Shown here: positions 30,372 through 42,000 of the stretch, one piece after another
Position numbering within the stretch: the first letter of the stretch is position 1
Layout: the number at the start of each line of letters is the position of its first letter
Origin: an uncultured Flavobacteriaceae bacterium
GTDB taxonomy: Bacteria > Bacteroidota > Bacteroidia > Flavobacteriales > Flavobacteriaceae
Direction: 5' to 3'
NCBI GenBank assembly: GCA_964453045.1
Contig: CAYVNR010000006.1
Location: forward strand, 83,747-147,746
DNA length: 64,000 nucleotides
Translations under genes and position numbers: made by a program
The notes under the pieces: generated by a model
The model's database searches: none
The model's input: the letters and a program-made list of their open reading frames with translations, nothing else
What the model was told of the DNA's origin: nothing

Positions 30372-32078
30372 CTACTCCTTTGAAAGTGTTTTTTGGAATG
30401 TCAAAAACTCTTTTTGATATATGGAAACCGAGACAAGCTTATCAATTCTATCCAAACTGTTGTCATAAGCTTTGAGCTTTTTATATAGTTTGTTGCGTCG
30501 TTTTTTTATGGCGCCTTCTGTAACCGACTTTAGTTTTTCCGCAATCTCAGCCTCTGAAAACCCTTGGGATTGCATAGTCCAAAACTCAATTAAACTATCT
30601 GTTAAGTTGTACTTCTGCTTTAATTTGGCATTGAACCGCTCCCTATAATTTTGCCCAAGACTCGGTTCACGAATGCTGAAAACCTCTTTTTGAGATTCTT
30701 TAAGTGTATCTATAATGTGAATAAGCTCACTCTCCCTTCTTCTTTTTTTGTTCATGAAAAGAAGATAGGCAAACAATAGAACCAGAGCAAAAACCGAAAG
30801 TGCCAAAATAACATAGAGACGTTTCCGATTGTTCACACGCTGTTCACTGATAATATCATCCTTTTCGTTGAGTTCATATTTTATCCTGATGAAATCTTCT
30901 TTGTAGCGTCTATCCACGAGATCCAAGCTATCTCTTACGGCAATATACTCTTTGAATTTATCTTTTATTCTGTTATCAGGGTAAAGCTCGGCCATAAATT
31001 CCAATGACACGAGATAATCTCGGTACTTCTTGGTCTTGTGTGCAATTCGTTCAGCCCGTTCTATGTATGCCACAGATGTGTCAATGCTAATATCCTTATA
31101 GTATTCTGCTAGATGAATGTAACTCATGATGATACCGTGATCATCAGATTCTCGTTCTCGAATATTAAGTGCCTGCTCAAGGTTGGTTAACACACTATCT
31201 AATCGGTTGGTTCTAAAATGGGCATGGGCCATGTTGTCTATCAACGCTGCTTTGGTTTCTGGATAAGAGCTCAAAATACTGTCATTTTCAGAAAGCCCTA
31301 AATTAAAGTACCTTATGGCTTTTTGATAGTTTTGAGCGTCCTTGTACGACTTACCGATATTGTTCAACGACTGAATAGCATAAATTGGTTTATCCTTAAT
31401 TTCTATACGCAATCTGTATGCCTTTTCATGGTATTCTATTGCTTTATCATAGTTTTTCAGATTATTGTATATAATCCCCAAATTGTTATAAACAGAGGAT
31501 ATACGCCTTGTGTTTTTTGTATTCTTTAAGAAATCCAATGCTCTGAAGGAAGAAATTTCGGCACCTGAATAATCATGCACATTTTTCTGGAGGATGGCAG
31601 TATTGAGCATTATTTTTCCTGCGCTCAGTGAATCACCGATGGCTTCATAGAGTTTAAAGCTCTTGTAATAATAATAAAACGTACTATCGACTGCATGGTG
31701 CCTTTTGTAGAATGCCGACTTGTACTCAAGAACCTTGGCAACAGATGCCGTATCAAATCTGCGCTGAGAAAATTCTAAACGTTGTTGAGCATACTTTTGA
31801 AAGTTTAGTGAATCTTTAGATTTATAATGCAGGTTTACAAATTTTTTAAGTGCAAAACCCATCAGGGAATCATCATGAAACTGTTTTGCATACAGGTACA
31901 GTTTATGGTTGCTTATTATCCTGTGCCGCAAGTCCAATTTAGAATTGTTGACTCTTTGTACAAGATTATGTATTGAGTCAATCTCTCGTACGCTTCCCTC
32001 ATTTTGTGAAAGAAGATTTGAAAAAGGGCTAATTAAAATAAAAAGGAAAATTAAACTAGACCTCATACGTAAATACAC
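30372..32078 (-). CDS. TPR-TM-HTH (LuxR-like) one-component regulator
   Basis: Signal-like N-terminus, TPR repeats (YNNLGIIYNNLKNYDKAIEYH), TM segment LYVILALSVFALVLLFAYLLF, C-terminal GFSEAEIAEKL..VTEGAIKKRRNKLYKKL. Confidence 0.82.
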   Translation of the reverse strand: MYLRMRSSLIFLFILISPFSNLLSQNEGSVREIDSIHNLVQRVNNSKLDLRHRIISNHKLYLYAKQFHDDSLMGFALKKFVNLHYKSKDSLNFQKYAQQRLEFSQRRFDTASVAKVLEYKSAFYKRHHAVDSTFYYYYKSFKLYEAIGDSLSAGKIMLNTAILQKNVHDYSGAEISSFRALDFLKNTKNTRRISSVYNNLGIIYNNLKNYDKAIEYHEKAYRLRIEIKDKPIYAIQSLNNIGKSYKDAQNYQKAIRYFNLGLSENDSILSSYPETKAALIDNMAHAHFRTNRLDSVLTNLEQALNIRERESDDHGIIMSYIHLAEYYKDISIDTSVAYIERAERIAHKTKKYRDYLVSLEFMAELYPDNRIKDKFKEYIAVRDSLDLVDRRYKEDFIRIKYELNEKDDIISEQRVNNRKRLYVILALSVFALVLLFAYLLFMNKKRRRESELIHIIDTLKESQKEVFSIREPSLGQNYRERFNAKLKQKYNLTDSLIEFWTMQSQGFSEAEIAEKLKSVTEGAIKKRRNKLYKKLKAYDNSLDRIDKLVSVSIYQKEFLTFQKTLSKE

Positions 32079-32134
32079 GATTTTATCTTGTTGGTAGTCT
32101 CAAATATAAAAAATATTGTAGCTTTATAAAGTAA

Positions 32135-32162
32135 AAATCCCTGACGAATCAGGGATTTAAAT
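32135..32162 (-). terminator. Intrinsic terminator after the small peptide gene
   Basis: Minus strand AAATCCCTGA-TTCG-TCAGGGATTT followed by a T-run. Confidence 0.7.
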
Positions 32163-32176
32163 TTGAGGATGATTAG

Positions 32177-32326
32177 TTATTGATCCTCATCTGGTTCAGC
32201 GGGATCATCCACCTCATCTCCACCTGTCGCATACGTTGGAGTTTCGATGTGATCATCGTCTGGACTACATGACATTATTCCCATTGTAAAGCACATAAGA
32301 ATAATGAAGATTCCTTTTTTAATCAT
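32177..32326 (-). CDS. Small lipoprotein-type peptide (49 aa, absent from ORF track)
   Basis: MIKKGIFIILMCFTMGIMSC-SPDDDHIETPTYATGGDEVDDPAEPDEDQ*: basic N-terminus, hydrophobic core, lipobox-like Cys20, acidic tail, own terminator. Confidence 0.72.
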   Translation of the reverse strand: MIKKGIFIILMCFTMGIMSCSPDDDHIETPTYATGGDEVDDPAEPDEDQ

Positions 32327-32460
32327 AGTAATCAGATTTAAATCTGATCCGGATCAATTTGGATCGCCTTCCAAACTAGGCGTGTTAAACAATAACTTGT
32401 CCAAGTTCATTTAGATATCTGATACAAAGAAGGGCAAAAGAATAAAGGGTATTGCAAAAC

Positions 32461-32495
32461 ATTCCGGAAGATTCCGAAAGGTTCCAGAATGTTCC
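32461..32495. repeat. Four helically phased RTTCC repeats
   Basis: ATTCCGGAAG ATTCCGAAAG GTTCCAGAAT GTTCC with a 10-bp period, in the divergent promoter region. Confidence 0.55.
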
Positions 32496-32527
32496 ATTTT
32501 CAACTATAAAATTCAAATATTACAGGT

Positions 32528-33775
32528 ATGAATAAGGGTTTTAAAGAGCTTTATGAGTTATATAATCAAGCTAAATCCAATGCTCTGTTAATAACTTTAG
32601 ATAATCCGACAACGGGAAACATAAAGAAGTGTTTGATAGATGCTGTTAACGATAATGAATTATCAGAAAAACACAAAAAGGCTATCTTTTATTTTTTGTC
32701 TGACCCTCATAAAGCAAACCATCTGGATAAATTGACTAATCTGGATCTCATTCAACTGATTTTAGAAAGTAAATTAGACGTATACAGACCCATATCAGGT
32801 TTTTTTAAGGGCAAGCCAAAGAAAATAGACAAGCATGGTGGGCGTACCATCCTTAATCTAATTCTAGAATCAGATTTAAAGAAAACCGCAGAACCTCATT
32901 TAAAAGAAAGTGTAGTGCAAAATCAACCATCAGAAAAAGAAGATAAAGCTTTTGCTGAAAAGAGCCGCGATTCTGGTAAGTTTTACATCACAGTTACTGG
33001 AACTGTTGTTGCCCTTGGGTTGGTCCTGTTCTTTACATACTTGGCAATAAATAAAAATGATAGTTCAACAAAAGCGGACACCAATAATTATCATATTGAA
33101 AACTACGTGGTTTCACAGAAGGATAGAATACCCGAAAACCAATTGATCGATCATTTCAGTTATCAGGACAAACCAGAACTTTGGTATATCTCATACAAGG
33201 GACAAACAGAATTCTATTCAAAACCAGGCATTCATAAAATAACTAAAAGACCCCTTAAGCCTGTTAGCAAAGAAATAATCTCGGCATATAAAGATCAAAG
33301 TGATGCAAATAACCCTAAAACAAAAATTGAAGAAGGCAAACATAGAAGCCCTGTCGACGATAACTCAACGGTTAAAGAATTAGCTGTCATCATTTTTAAT
33401 AATGAAAGTAAATTGGATATTGAAGCCCAAAATCATTTAAAGAAACTCCTTAAAAATGATTACACCTTTAGGGCGATTGATTACTTGAGCAATGGTTTGT
33501 CAGCCCAAATTGTTGACCAGATAAAGTCATTCAATTTTAATTCTCTTGATATTAATGAGGGTGAATCAGAGTTTATTCTTATTGGAGAAATTGATTATAG
33601 CTTCTCGCAAAGCGATATTCAGAAAGATATGACAGTATGTAGACTATCTCTAAACTACTCAATTATTTCTTACAATAATAAAAAAGAAATGGACAGTAAT
33701 TCCATATCAGTATCGGGAATCGGATTTTCAGAATCCAATGCAAAACAAAACACCATTAAAAAAATCACATTATGA
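32528..33775 (+). CDS. Single-pass membrane hypothetical protein
   Basis: Cytoplasmic N-terminus, TM at about residues 155-175, periplasmic WY...EFY...GIH..T.RPLKP motif. Confidence 0.7.
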   Translation: MNKGFKELYELYNQAKSNALLITLDNPTTGNIKKCLIDAVNDNELSEKHKKAIFYFLSDPHKANHLDKLTNLDLIQLILESKLDVYRPISGFFKGKPKKIDKHGGRTILNLILESDLKKTAEPHLKESVVQNQPSEKEDKAFAEKSRDSGKFYITVTGTVVALGLVLFFTYLAINKNDSSTKADTNNYHIENYVVSQKDRIPENQLIDHFSYQDKPELWYISYKGQTEFYSKPGIHKITKRPLKPVSKEIISAYKDQSDANNPKTKIEEGKHRSPVDDNSTVKELAVIIFNNESKLDIEAQNHLKKLLKNDYTFRAIDYLSNGLSAQIVDQIKSFNFNSLDINEGESEFILIGEIDYSFSQSDIQKDMTVCRLSLNYSIISYNNKKEMDSNSISVSGIGFSESNAKQNTIKKITL

Positions 33776-34695
33776 AGACACAGTTTCTACCTCTACTGCT
33801 GTTAATTACAGTAACCATAAATGCTAACCTTTTTGCCCAAAGTGACTATTCCGATTTTGATAGAAAAATGATTTCATTGGCTGAAGAAGTAGCAAACCGC
33901 ATTCAGTCTAAAAATAAAATAAAAGTAGCCCTTGGGGATTTTACCGATAGCTTTAAAGAAAAAAACACTCTCGGAGACTATATAGCTGATGACTTTTCCA
34001 TTCACTTTACCAATGCAAGTGACAATCTCGAGGTAACCGATAGGCATAACTTAAAACAGTTAATGAAAGAGCACAAGTTAAATGCGGAAGGGTATATTGA
34101 CCCCAGCACCGCAAAACGAATAGGAATGTTAATTGCTGCCGATGCGATTGTAACGGGGACCGTGGATATTGGGTTACATTCTTTAAGGATTAGGATAAAG
34201 ATCATTGATACTGAAACGGGGCTGCACTTTGCCGCTGCCTTGAGGAATTTGCCCATCGATGAAAACATAAAGGTCATTTTGAAAGACGCGGGCTTTGAAA
34301 GCTCGGTTAAACCAGAGGGAAAGCGCATCAATACAAATGAGGAAAGTAACAATAAACGTACGACGAATAAAAAATGTGAATCTTTGAAAACTGGAGATTA
34401 TTATTTTGAAAACAAGTCCCAATATAGCTACCTCATAGATATTAAAAGTTCAATTAACAGTTATAAAAAGACCATTACCGTCAGCAAAGGCCAAACAACA
34501 GCTTTACAGGACCTACCCTCGGGAACCTATACGTTCAAAATGTATAAAAATAACCTACGAACCACAGCCGGGCCGACTCAACAAGGTAGTTTTAGACTAA
34601 AATCCTGCCAATCTATCACTTATTCTATCCTCAAATCAAAAGAGTATGATATAACCGACGATTTCTATAAAGCAGTAAAGAAAAAACGTAATTGA
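33772..34695 (+). CDS. FlgO/CsgG-like domain secreted protein
   Basis: Signal peptide; VALGDF...LEVTDRHNLKQLMKEHKL...AKRIGMLIAADAIVTGTV pattern. Confidence 0.68.
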   Translation: MKTQFLPLLLLITVTINANLFAQSDYSDFDRKMISLAEEVANRIQSKNKIKVALGDFTDSFKEKNTLGDYIADDFSIHFTNASDNLEVTDRHNLKQLMKEHKLNAEGYIDPSTAKRIGMLIAADAIVTGTVDIGLHSLRIRIKIIDTETGLHFAAALRNLPIDENIKVILKDAGFESSVKPEGKRINTNEESNNKRTTNKKCESLKTGDYYFENKSQYSYLIDIKSSINSYKKTITVSKGQTTALQDLPSGTYTFKMYKNNLRTTAGPTQQGSFRLKSCQSITYSILKSKEYDITDDFYKAVKKKRN

Positions 34696-34884
34696 CTTTT
34701 GTATTTATTCTACAATTACTTAAAATGAAAAACCTGATAACCAAATTTTATAATCTGTGTTAAATAATCATTAACTTAGATTTTTAACACCGTTTTCTTA
34801 AAAACTTTCTTACCTTGTGGGTAGTCTTAACCTTAAAGACTCTTAGTTAATTAATTCCTGTTTGACGAGAACTAAATTGAAATT

Positions 34885-34900
34885 CCCCTAGTGGGTTAAC
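34885..34900. promoter_or_regulatory. Motif related to the 30320 palindrome, upstream of the Rhs 2 operon
   Basis: CCCCTAGTGGGTTAAC versus CCCCTAGGGGTAAC. Confidence 0.4.
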
Positions 34901-34927
34901 TATATTAATCAATTTTGATAATTAACT

Positions 34928-36046
34928 ATGAATTACAAATCACTGTTTAGGTGCCTCTCCTATGCCCTCTGTTTGCTATGTGCAAATGTGTCAACTTCTC
35001 AAAATTTATTGGACACCTCTACTTGGACAGTCGGTCAAGGTAGTGTAAGTGGTTTTTCTGTTAATGGTAGTGCTTCGGAAAACATAAGAGAAAATGGCTT
35101 TAATCATATAGGTGAATCCGTAATACTCTGGAAAGCTGTTCCTGATTCTAACAGTAATGCTGATGGGGGCTGGAACTCAAATTACATATCCATTGACAAC
35201 TCCAAAACATACAGGCTATCGGTATGGATAAAAAAAACTAATTCAAACACAGGTTCCACATATTTTGGTCTAGCAAGTTATACTGGTGGATCTCAAGTAC
35301 TGAATCTCGATGGGACAACAAACTCCAATCCGTACTTTTGGTTTGGTGACTTACCGCAATTAGATAGATGGTATCTCCTAGTTGGTTTTGTACATGAAAA
35401 AAACTACATGTCAACAATAAGTGAGGGGAAAATTTATGATGGAGTTACAGGACTAACTGTTATGAATACGATTGACTTTAGATTCAGTAATAACGCTACA
35501 AATTTGAGACACAGAGCTTATCTTTACTGGGACACTAACACACAAGACAGGCAGTATTTTTGGGAGCCAAGAATTGACTTGATTGATGGAAGTGAACCAA
35601 CCATTGAAGAATTATTGAAAATAAATCCCGATTCAAAACTATTATTCTCCCATGATAATGCTGGAAATCAAAAACAACGTTTTTATTGTGATTCCCCAGG
35701 ATGCCCCGTGCCAAATCCCCCAGCTGGTCGTCCTGCTCCTAATAGCACAAATGAATTAGCAGGGGTCGAAAATCAAGAAATCGATGATGCCATTAAAGAC
35801 AAAATCAAAATTTCCCCTAACCCTACTAATGGAAAATTTATTATCAGTCTATTGAGGGATGATCAAGTTATGGAAAATCAAGTTGTAATTTATGACACTA
35901 ATGGGGCCTTGTTGAGGAAAGTAAAAATTAGTGAATCCTCTAGTAAGCTAGAATTAGATATAAGTGACAAGCCCTCTGGTGTGTACTTTGTCCATGTACA
36001 CTTCTCAAATGGCACTTCATCAACAAAAAAAATAATTAAAAATTAA
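34928..36046 (+). CDS. T9SS type A CTD protein with a YD-like repeat
   Basis: Signal peptide, beta-sandwich-like domain, FSHDNAGNQKQR, then ISPNPT...PSGVYFVHV...KKIIKN CTD. Confidence 0.85.
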   Translation: MNYKSLFRCLSYALCLLCANVSTSQNLLDTSTWTVGQGSVSGFSVNGSASENIRENGFNHIGESVILWKAVPDSNSNADGGWNSNYISIDNSKTYRLSVWIKKTNSNTGSTYFGLASYTGGSQVLNLDGTTNSNPYFWFGDLPQLDRWYLLVGFVHEKNYMSTISEGKIYDGVTGLTVMNTIDFRFSNNATNLRHRAYLYWDTNTQDRQYFWEPRIDLIDGSEPTIEELLKINPDSKLLFSHDNAGNQKQRFYCDSPGCPVPNPPAGRPAPNSTNELAGVENQEIDDAIKDKIKISPNPTNGKFIISLLRDDQVMENQVVIYDTNGALLRKVKISESSSKLELDISDKPSGVYFVHVHFSNGTSSTKKIIKN

Positions 36047-36050
36047 TTCA

Positions 36051-39000
36051 ATGATCATTACTAGATATATAACCGCTATTTTCTGCACTTTAACTCTTGG
36101 CCTCTTTTTAAATAGTCAAGAGAATAAAGAAACTTTTCAATCAGCTAGTCAAAATTTCACCTCAAAGCCAATAATAAGTAACAATAGAAGTATAAAAAAG
36201 GGGGCTGAATCTTCAAAAATCAAGCCCTCTGCATCACAAAAGTCATCTTCTGAAGTAGGCACAACTCCAGCAAGTTTTGATGTGTCTCTTTCTGGTTCAG
36301 CCATCTATAATATTCCCATATATGGCCCCCCAGGTATAAAAGATGTGATGCCACAAATCAGCCTAAGCTATAATAGTCAAGCATCAAATGGTCTTGCTGG
36401 TTGGGGATGGTCAATATCTGGTTTGTCATCAATAAGAAAAGTTTCCTCAACGAAATTTCATGATGGATTTATAGATGGTGTTGATTTTGATTCGGACGAT
36501 CGTTTCTCTTTGGATGGCCAAAGACTATTATTAAAATCTGGCAATTATGGAGAAAATGACTCCGAATATCAAACTGAAACATATTCAAATATTAAAATAA
36601 AAGCCATAGGAACTTCACCACATGGCGCAGGATATGGCCCAAATTCTTTTCAAGTTTTTTATCCTGATGGCAGGATATCCTATTATGGTCAATCCATTTA
36701 TTCCGATACAAGAATGGAATGGGCTCTTACCAAAACAGTTGACCCACAACAAAACTTCATAGAATACAAGTATTCGATATCAGGTAATTTATTGAGAATT
36801 GAAGAGATAAAATATGGTGCACATTCTTTTAGTACAAGTGCGCCCAATACAATTAAGTTTTATTACAAAGATAGAACTAGACCTGAAGTATCATATGTAG
36901 AAGGAATAACATTCAAAAGAACTAAAATTCTTGACAGAATTGAGACTTATGGACTAGGTAAATTGTTCAGGAAGTATGTTCTAAGTCACGATCAAACATC
37001 TTTGGATTACGACATACTGACATCAGTTACAGAGTACAATAAACTAAATGAAAACCTAACACCGATAGTCTTTAATTATGATAGCTCACCTGTAAATCCC
37101 AATCCAGGCACATATACATCTTCCATTAGTCCAATTTACGATTATCAAAATGATGTTATTCTATCTGGCGAGTTTAGTGGTGATGGAAAACTTGACTTTA
37201 TTATCTATGATGAAAATGTGAGAAATAATTTAAATGTATTCGATAATATCAATTCTACATCTTCCAATATAGGAACAAGCATCAATGTCTCAAAATTTGA
37301 TGACATAATTTCAAACGATATGCTTGATGCAAGTGGAAAGAAGATTGCTAAGCAGGGTCTCACTATGATAGAAGAAAATATGGCAGGAGGTGTATCCACG
37401 GTCAGTTTTAAGAGTTACTATTATAATGGTTCAGGGTTAAATCACGAATATACTAAGCAATGGGATGCCCCAACGAATCCTTTTGAGACGTCTTGTTCGT
37501 CTACAGTGCAAAAAATTATTCCAAAAGAATATCTATCAGGCGATTTCAATGGTGATGGTTTAACAGATGTATTGGCAATAGGGAAACCACACGACCAGCA
37601 ATATTGCTTTGAAATATTAGGCTGTACTGGTAAAAATTGTTGCTTTTGTGACCCCTTGGGCAACTTTCCGTACAAATATGTTCATTTTATAGACCTAAAT
37701 AGAAACCTGACCAGCAATTTTGCATATGGATCAGGTAATCTTTTACAAACTTTAAGTGATAGCGATAGATTATTAGCTGCTGACTTTAACGGAGATGGAA
37801 AAACAGACTTATTTCATTTTAAGGATGGAAGAGTTGATATTTATGGATTAGACAGCAATAATCAGCTGTTTCTTATCCATACAGAAACAGACAGTTTCAT
37901 TGAGTTGGATCGTCCTATTTTATTAGGAGATTACAATGGCGATGGGAAAGTAGAATTTATAACACCTACTGTTGATAGTAGTGAAGATTGGCGTTTTTTT
38001 ATCTCAAGAGGTAATTCAATAGAAAAATATACAAAGTTTGTTCCCGATTTTAACTACAAAGAAGCTGAAACTGGTCTTTTTTCTTTTAGTGAAGATCCAG
38101 GATGGGGCGGAAGATATGCTTTAGTAGAAAGCAGGTATGCCGCCCAAGATATGAACGGTGATGGCAAAACAGATTTAATAAAAAATATTATTGCAACCTC
38201 AAATAGTACCTCACCATATCGCACAGACGAAATTGTAAGAGTTTTTACTAACCATTATGATAATGCAGATGGCAGACCAAAGTTTCTAAATCCCACTCTT
38301 TTTTACGAAGCAAACACTGATGTATCTAGATATGGCACCCCCATTTTCTTGGAAAGTAATTTTGGATCTTCCAATTTTGATTACGTATACTTAAGTGAGG
38401 GACAGATTACTGCTTATGAATTTAGTCCCGATCATCAAAAAGATGTGACACTATTACAAATAAATAACAATGGAATAATCCACGATATAGAGTATTACGA
38501 TTTGGATGATAGTAACCAAATTTACTCTGGCAATAATCAAGAAGCATATCCCTATGTAAATATTAATTATGCCCCAAACATGAAGCTTGTTGGACAGGTC
38601 AGAGAATCTGTTGGTGGATATGAACGATTTCAAGACTTTAGATACACTGGAGCCGTTTCAAATTATGAAGGGTTAGGTTTTCAAGGGTTTAAACAGATTA
38701 AGAGGACAAATATATATGGAACTGATGTTCAAAGAATCTGGAGTATTACTGATTATGATATTCAAAAAAGAGGGGCCACTACCAGAAGTTGGACATCTTT
38801 AATGGAGTCAAGTACACCAAATGCCATTATAAGTAGAACGGACAATACATATACAACACAGTTGTTGCCAAACAAGGTTTTTGTTAATGTTAAAGCATCG
38901 TCTAGCTCTCAAGACGGACTGACCGGAGTTAACACCTCTCAATCATTTACTTACGATACATATTATAATCCCACAAATATAACATCAACCTATCCAGGTG

Positions 39001-42000
39001 GCTCAGAGGTCGTCATTCAACAATTCGTAAACAATCCGACCCCGTTTAATTCTACCTATACGATTGGAAGATTAAATGATGTTACTACAACAAAAACACT
39101 GAATGGTGAGACCTTTAGTTCTCAAACTAAATACATTTTCAATAATAACTTAACTATAGAAACACACACAAAAGGTAATGGCACACCATGGCTAATAAAA
39201 AAGTATTTTTATGATGCCTTTGGAAACATCATAGAAAAGAGAACTACTGGAAGTGGTATTTCCGACAGATTAGAATCTTATGAATACGACAGTTCAGGAA
39301 GGTTTATGGAAAAATCAATCGATACCGAAAATTTGGAAACAACTTATAGCTATAATTACGAAACAGGTAACCCCATAAGGGTAACAAGTGCTTATGGCTT
39401 AACGATTGACTATACCTATGACGACTGGGGAAGAGTTATTATAGAAACAGATTATTTGGGTAAGGATACTGTCATTACATACGCAAACGATACATCATAT
39501 GGCTCAGGAGGCTCAATGAAAATGATCAATTATGATCAGGGCGAAGATGAAAAAGTATATTTTAATGCTTTAGGTTGGACTATGGAGGAAAGTATCTTAT
39601 CCCTGAATAATAACTGGATAAACAAAAAATACGAGTACGATAGTTCAGGAAAAACATTAAGAGAGAGCGAACCCTACTTTAGTGGCTCATCACCTACACA
39701 ATGGAACGTATTTGGTTATGATGAATATGGTCGAACAATCACTCAACAACTATTTACGGGGAAGATTATTTCAACAACATACAATGGCTTGTCAGCTACT
39801 GTAAATGATGGGGTCAAGACTGTTACGACAACCAAGGATGCCCTGGGGAATATTGTTACCTTACAAGATGACGGAGGTACCATTACCTATACATATTTTG
39901 CTAACAACGAGATGAAATCTGCCAACTATGACGGAAATATAGTCAATGTTGGTATAGACGGCTGGGGGAGAAAAATTGCCTTAAGCGACCCATCAGCTGG
40001 CAATTATTCATATGAATATAATTTACTTGGTGAAATAACAAAAGAGAGAACCCCGAAAGGAGAGACCACCTATACCTATAGCTCTATAGGAAAATTAATT
40101 TCCAAATCAATTACAGGTGACAATACTGATGTTGTTACCGATTATGAATACGATCCCAGCACAAAGCTTTTAAGTGAAATCACAGCAACTGATAACAAAA
40201 ACAATATTGATTATTATTACACTTATAATTACGACTCGTATGGGCGTTTGGATAAGATTACTGAAAATAATGGGTCTGCATTCTTTGAGAAAACAAATTT
40301 GTATGACACATATGGAAGGGTTTATAGAGAAATATATAGCTCTGAAAACAGTCTGACAGGAGTTTCAAATATAGTTCAGATAAAAAATATATATGACAAT
40401 GCAGGGATTTTAACGAGTATTGAGGATTTTACATCAGGAAATAGGCTGTGGCATATTCTTTCAGAAAATGCACGAGGACAAGCTTTAGATATTAGTTTAG
40501 GGAATAATCTCAACAAAACCAAACAGTACGATCAGTATGGCTTTCTCACAGAAATTAAAGATTATAAGATAGGGACATCAGTAACAGCACTGAGGATAAC
40601 CTATAGCTTTAACGCACAGAGAGGTATATTAAACAGTAGGCAGAATTTTGGGTTCACTAATTGGAGTGAAGTGTTTACTCACGATGACCAAGACAGGCTT
40701 ACCCAAATAAACGGAGCAGTAAATCATCAACAAGATTATGATCTCAAAGGTAGAATAACGGATAATTCCTTTGTTGGGGAATATAATTATAGTAGTTCAG
40801 CCGCCTATCAACTTGAGGATATTGATTTAAACAATCAGGGAGACCTTTATTATCAACAAAATAAGTTGCAACAGATTACGTACAATGCATTTAAAAAACC
40901 TGTTGAAATCTATCAAGAGGATAAAGAAAGGGTAAGTTTTTATTACGGTCCTTTCAATAACAGGACTCAAGCATTTTACGGTGATCTCAATACTGATATT
41001 GCAGACAGGCACTACCACAAACAATACTCCAGTATTATACCCGTAGAAATGATACATGACAGAAAACTCGGCACTAATAAAATAGTTACCTATATTGGTG
41101 GAGATGCCTATTCTGCTCCAATAGCATACATTTTTGAAGAAAAGAATAACGAAACACTCATTGACCAATACCATTATCTTCATCGTGATTACTTGGGAAG
41201 TATATTGGCTATTACAGATTCAAGTACAACTATTGTTGAACAACGCCAATTTGGTGCCTGGGGCATTACGGATAAGTTTATTGACAAAAATGGAAATACT
41301 ACGTTTTCTTATGATTCTTTAATTGGGAGAGGATTTACAGGCCATGAACATTTCTTTGACGTGTCGTTGATACATATGAACGGTCGTATGTATGATGCTC
41401 AGTTAGGTAAATTCTTGTCCCCAGATAATTTTGTACAAGACCCATACAATACGCAGAGTTTTAACCGTTATAGTTATGTATGGAACAATCCATTATCCTA
41501 CAACGATATAAGTGGAGAATGGTTCTGGGCAGCTGCATTGGTAGGAGCAGTTTTTGGTGCTCTTGCAGGTGCTTCAGCATATATTGGACAGGCAATACAA
41601 ACTGGTGATTGGAACATTGAGAGTTTTAGCCTCGCTGTTTTAGGGGGAGCCATAGTCGGCGGTATAACGGGAGGCTTTGCAAGTTATGCCTCCTGTATGT
41701 CCATAGGAAATATTGCGTCTGCTCTAGCTGGAGGTATCGTTGGTGCGTTTTTACCTTCATTTAATATCCCAATTGGGGATTGGAATATCAGTGTTTCTGC
41801 CACTGTAGCATTTGGCAATTCTTTTGGAATAGGGAGTAGCTTGAGTGTAGGGTATAGTGATGGAAATTGGAATTTTTCTGCTGGTATAGGTCATACAAGT
41901 TATGGCAACTTCAATGGTTTTGGTAATGGTATTGAATTGAGAAAATCCATTTTGGCTGCTTTTGATGATGGGAAGACAGGATTTACATATGGCACTAATT

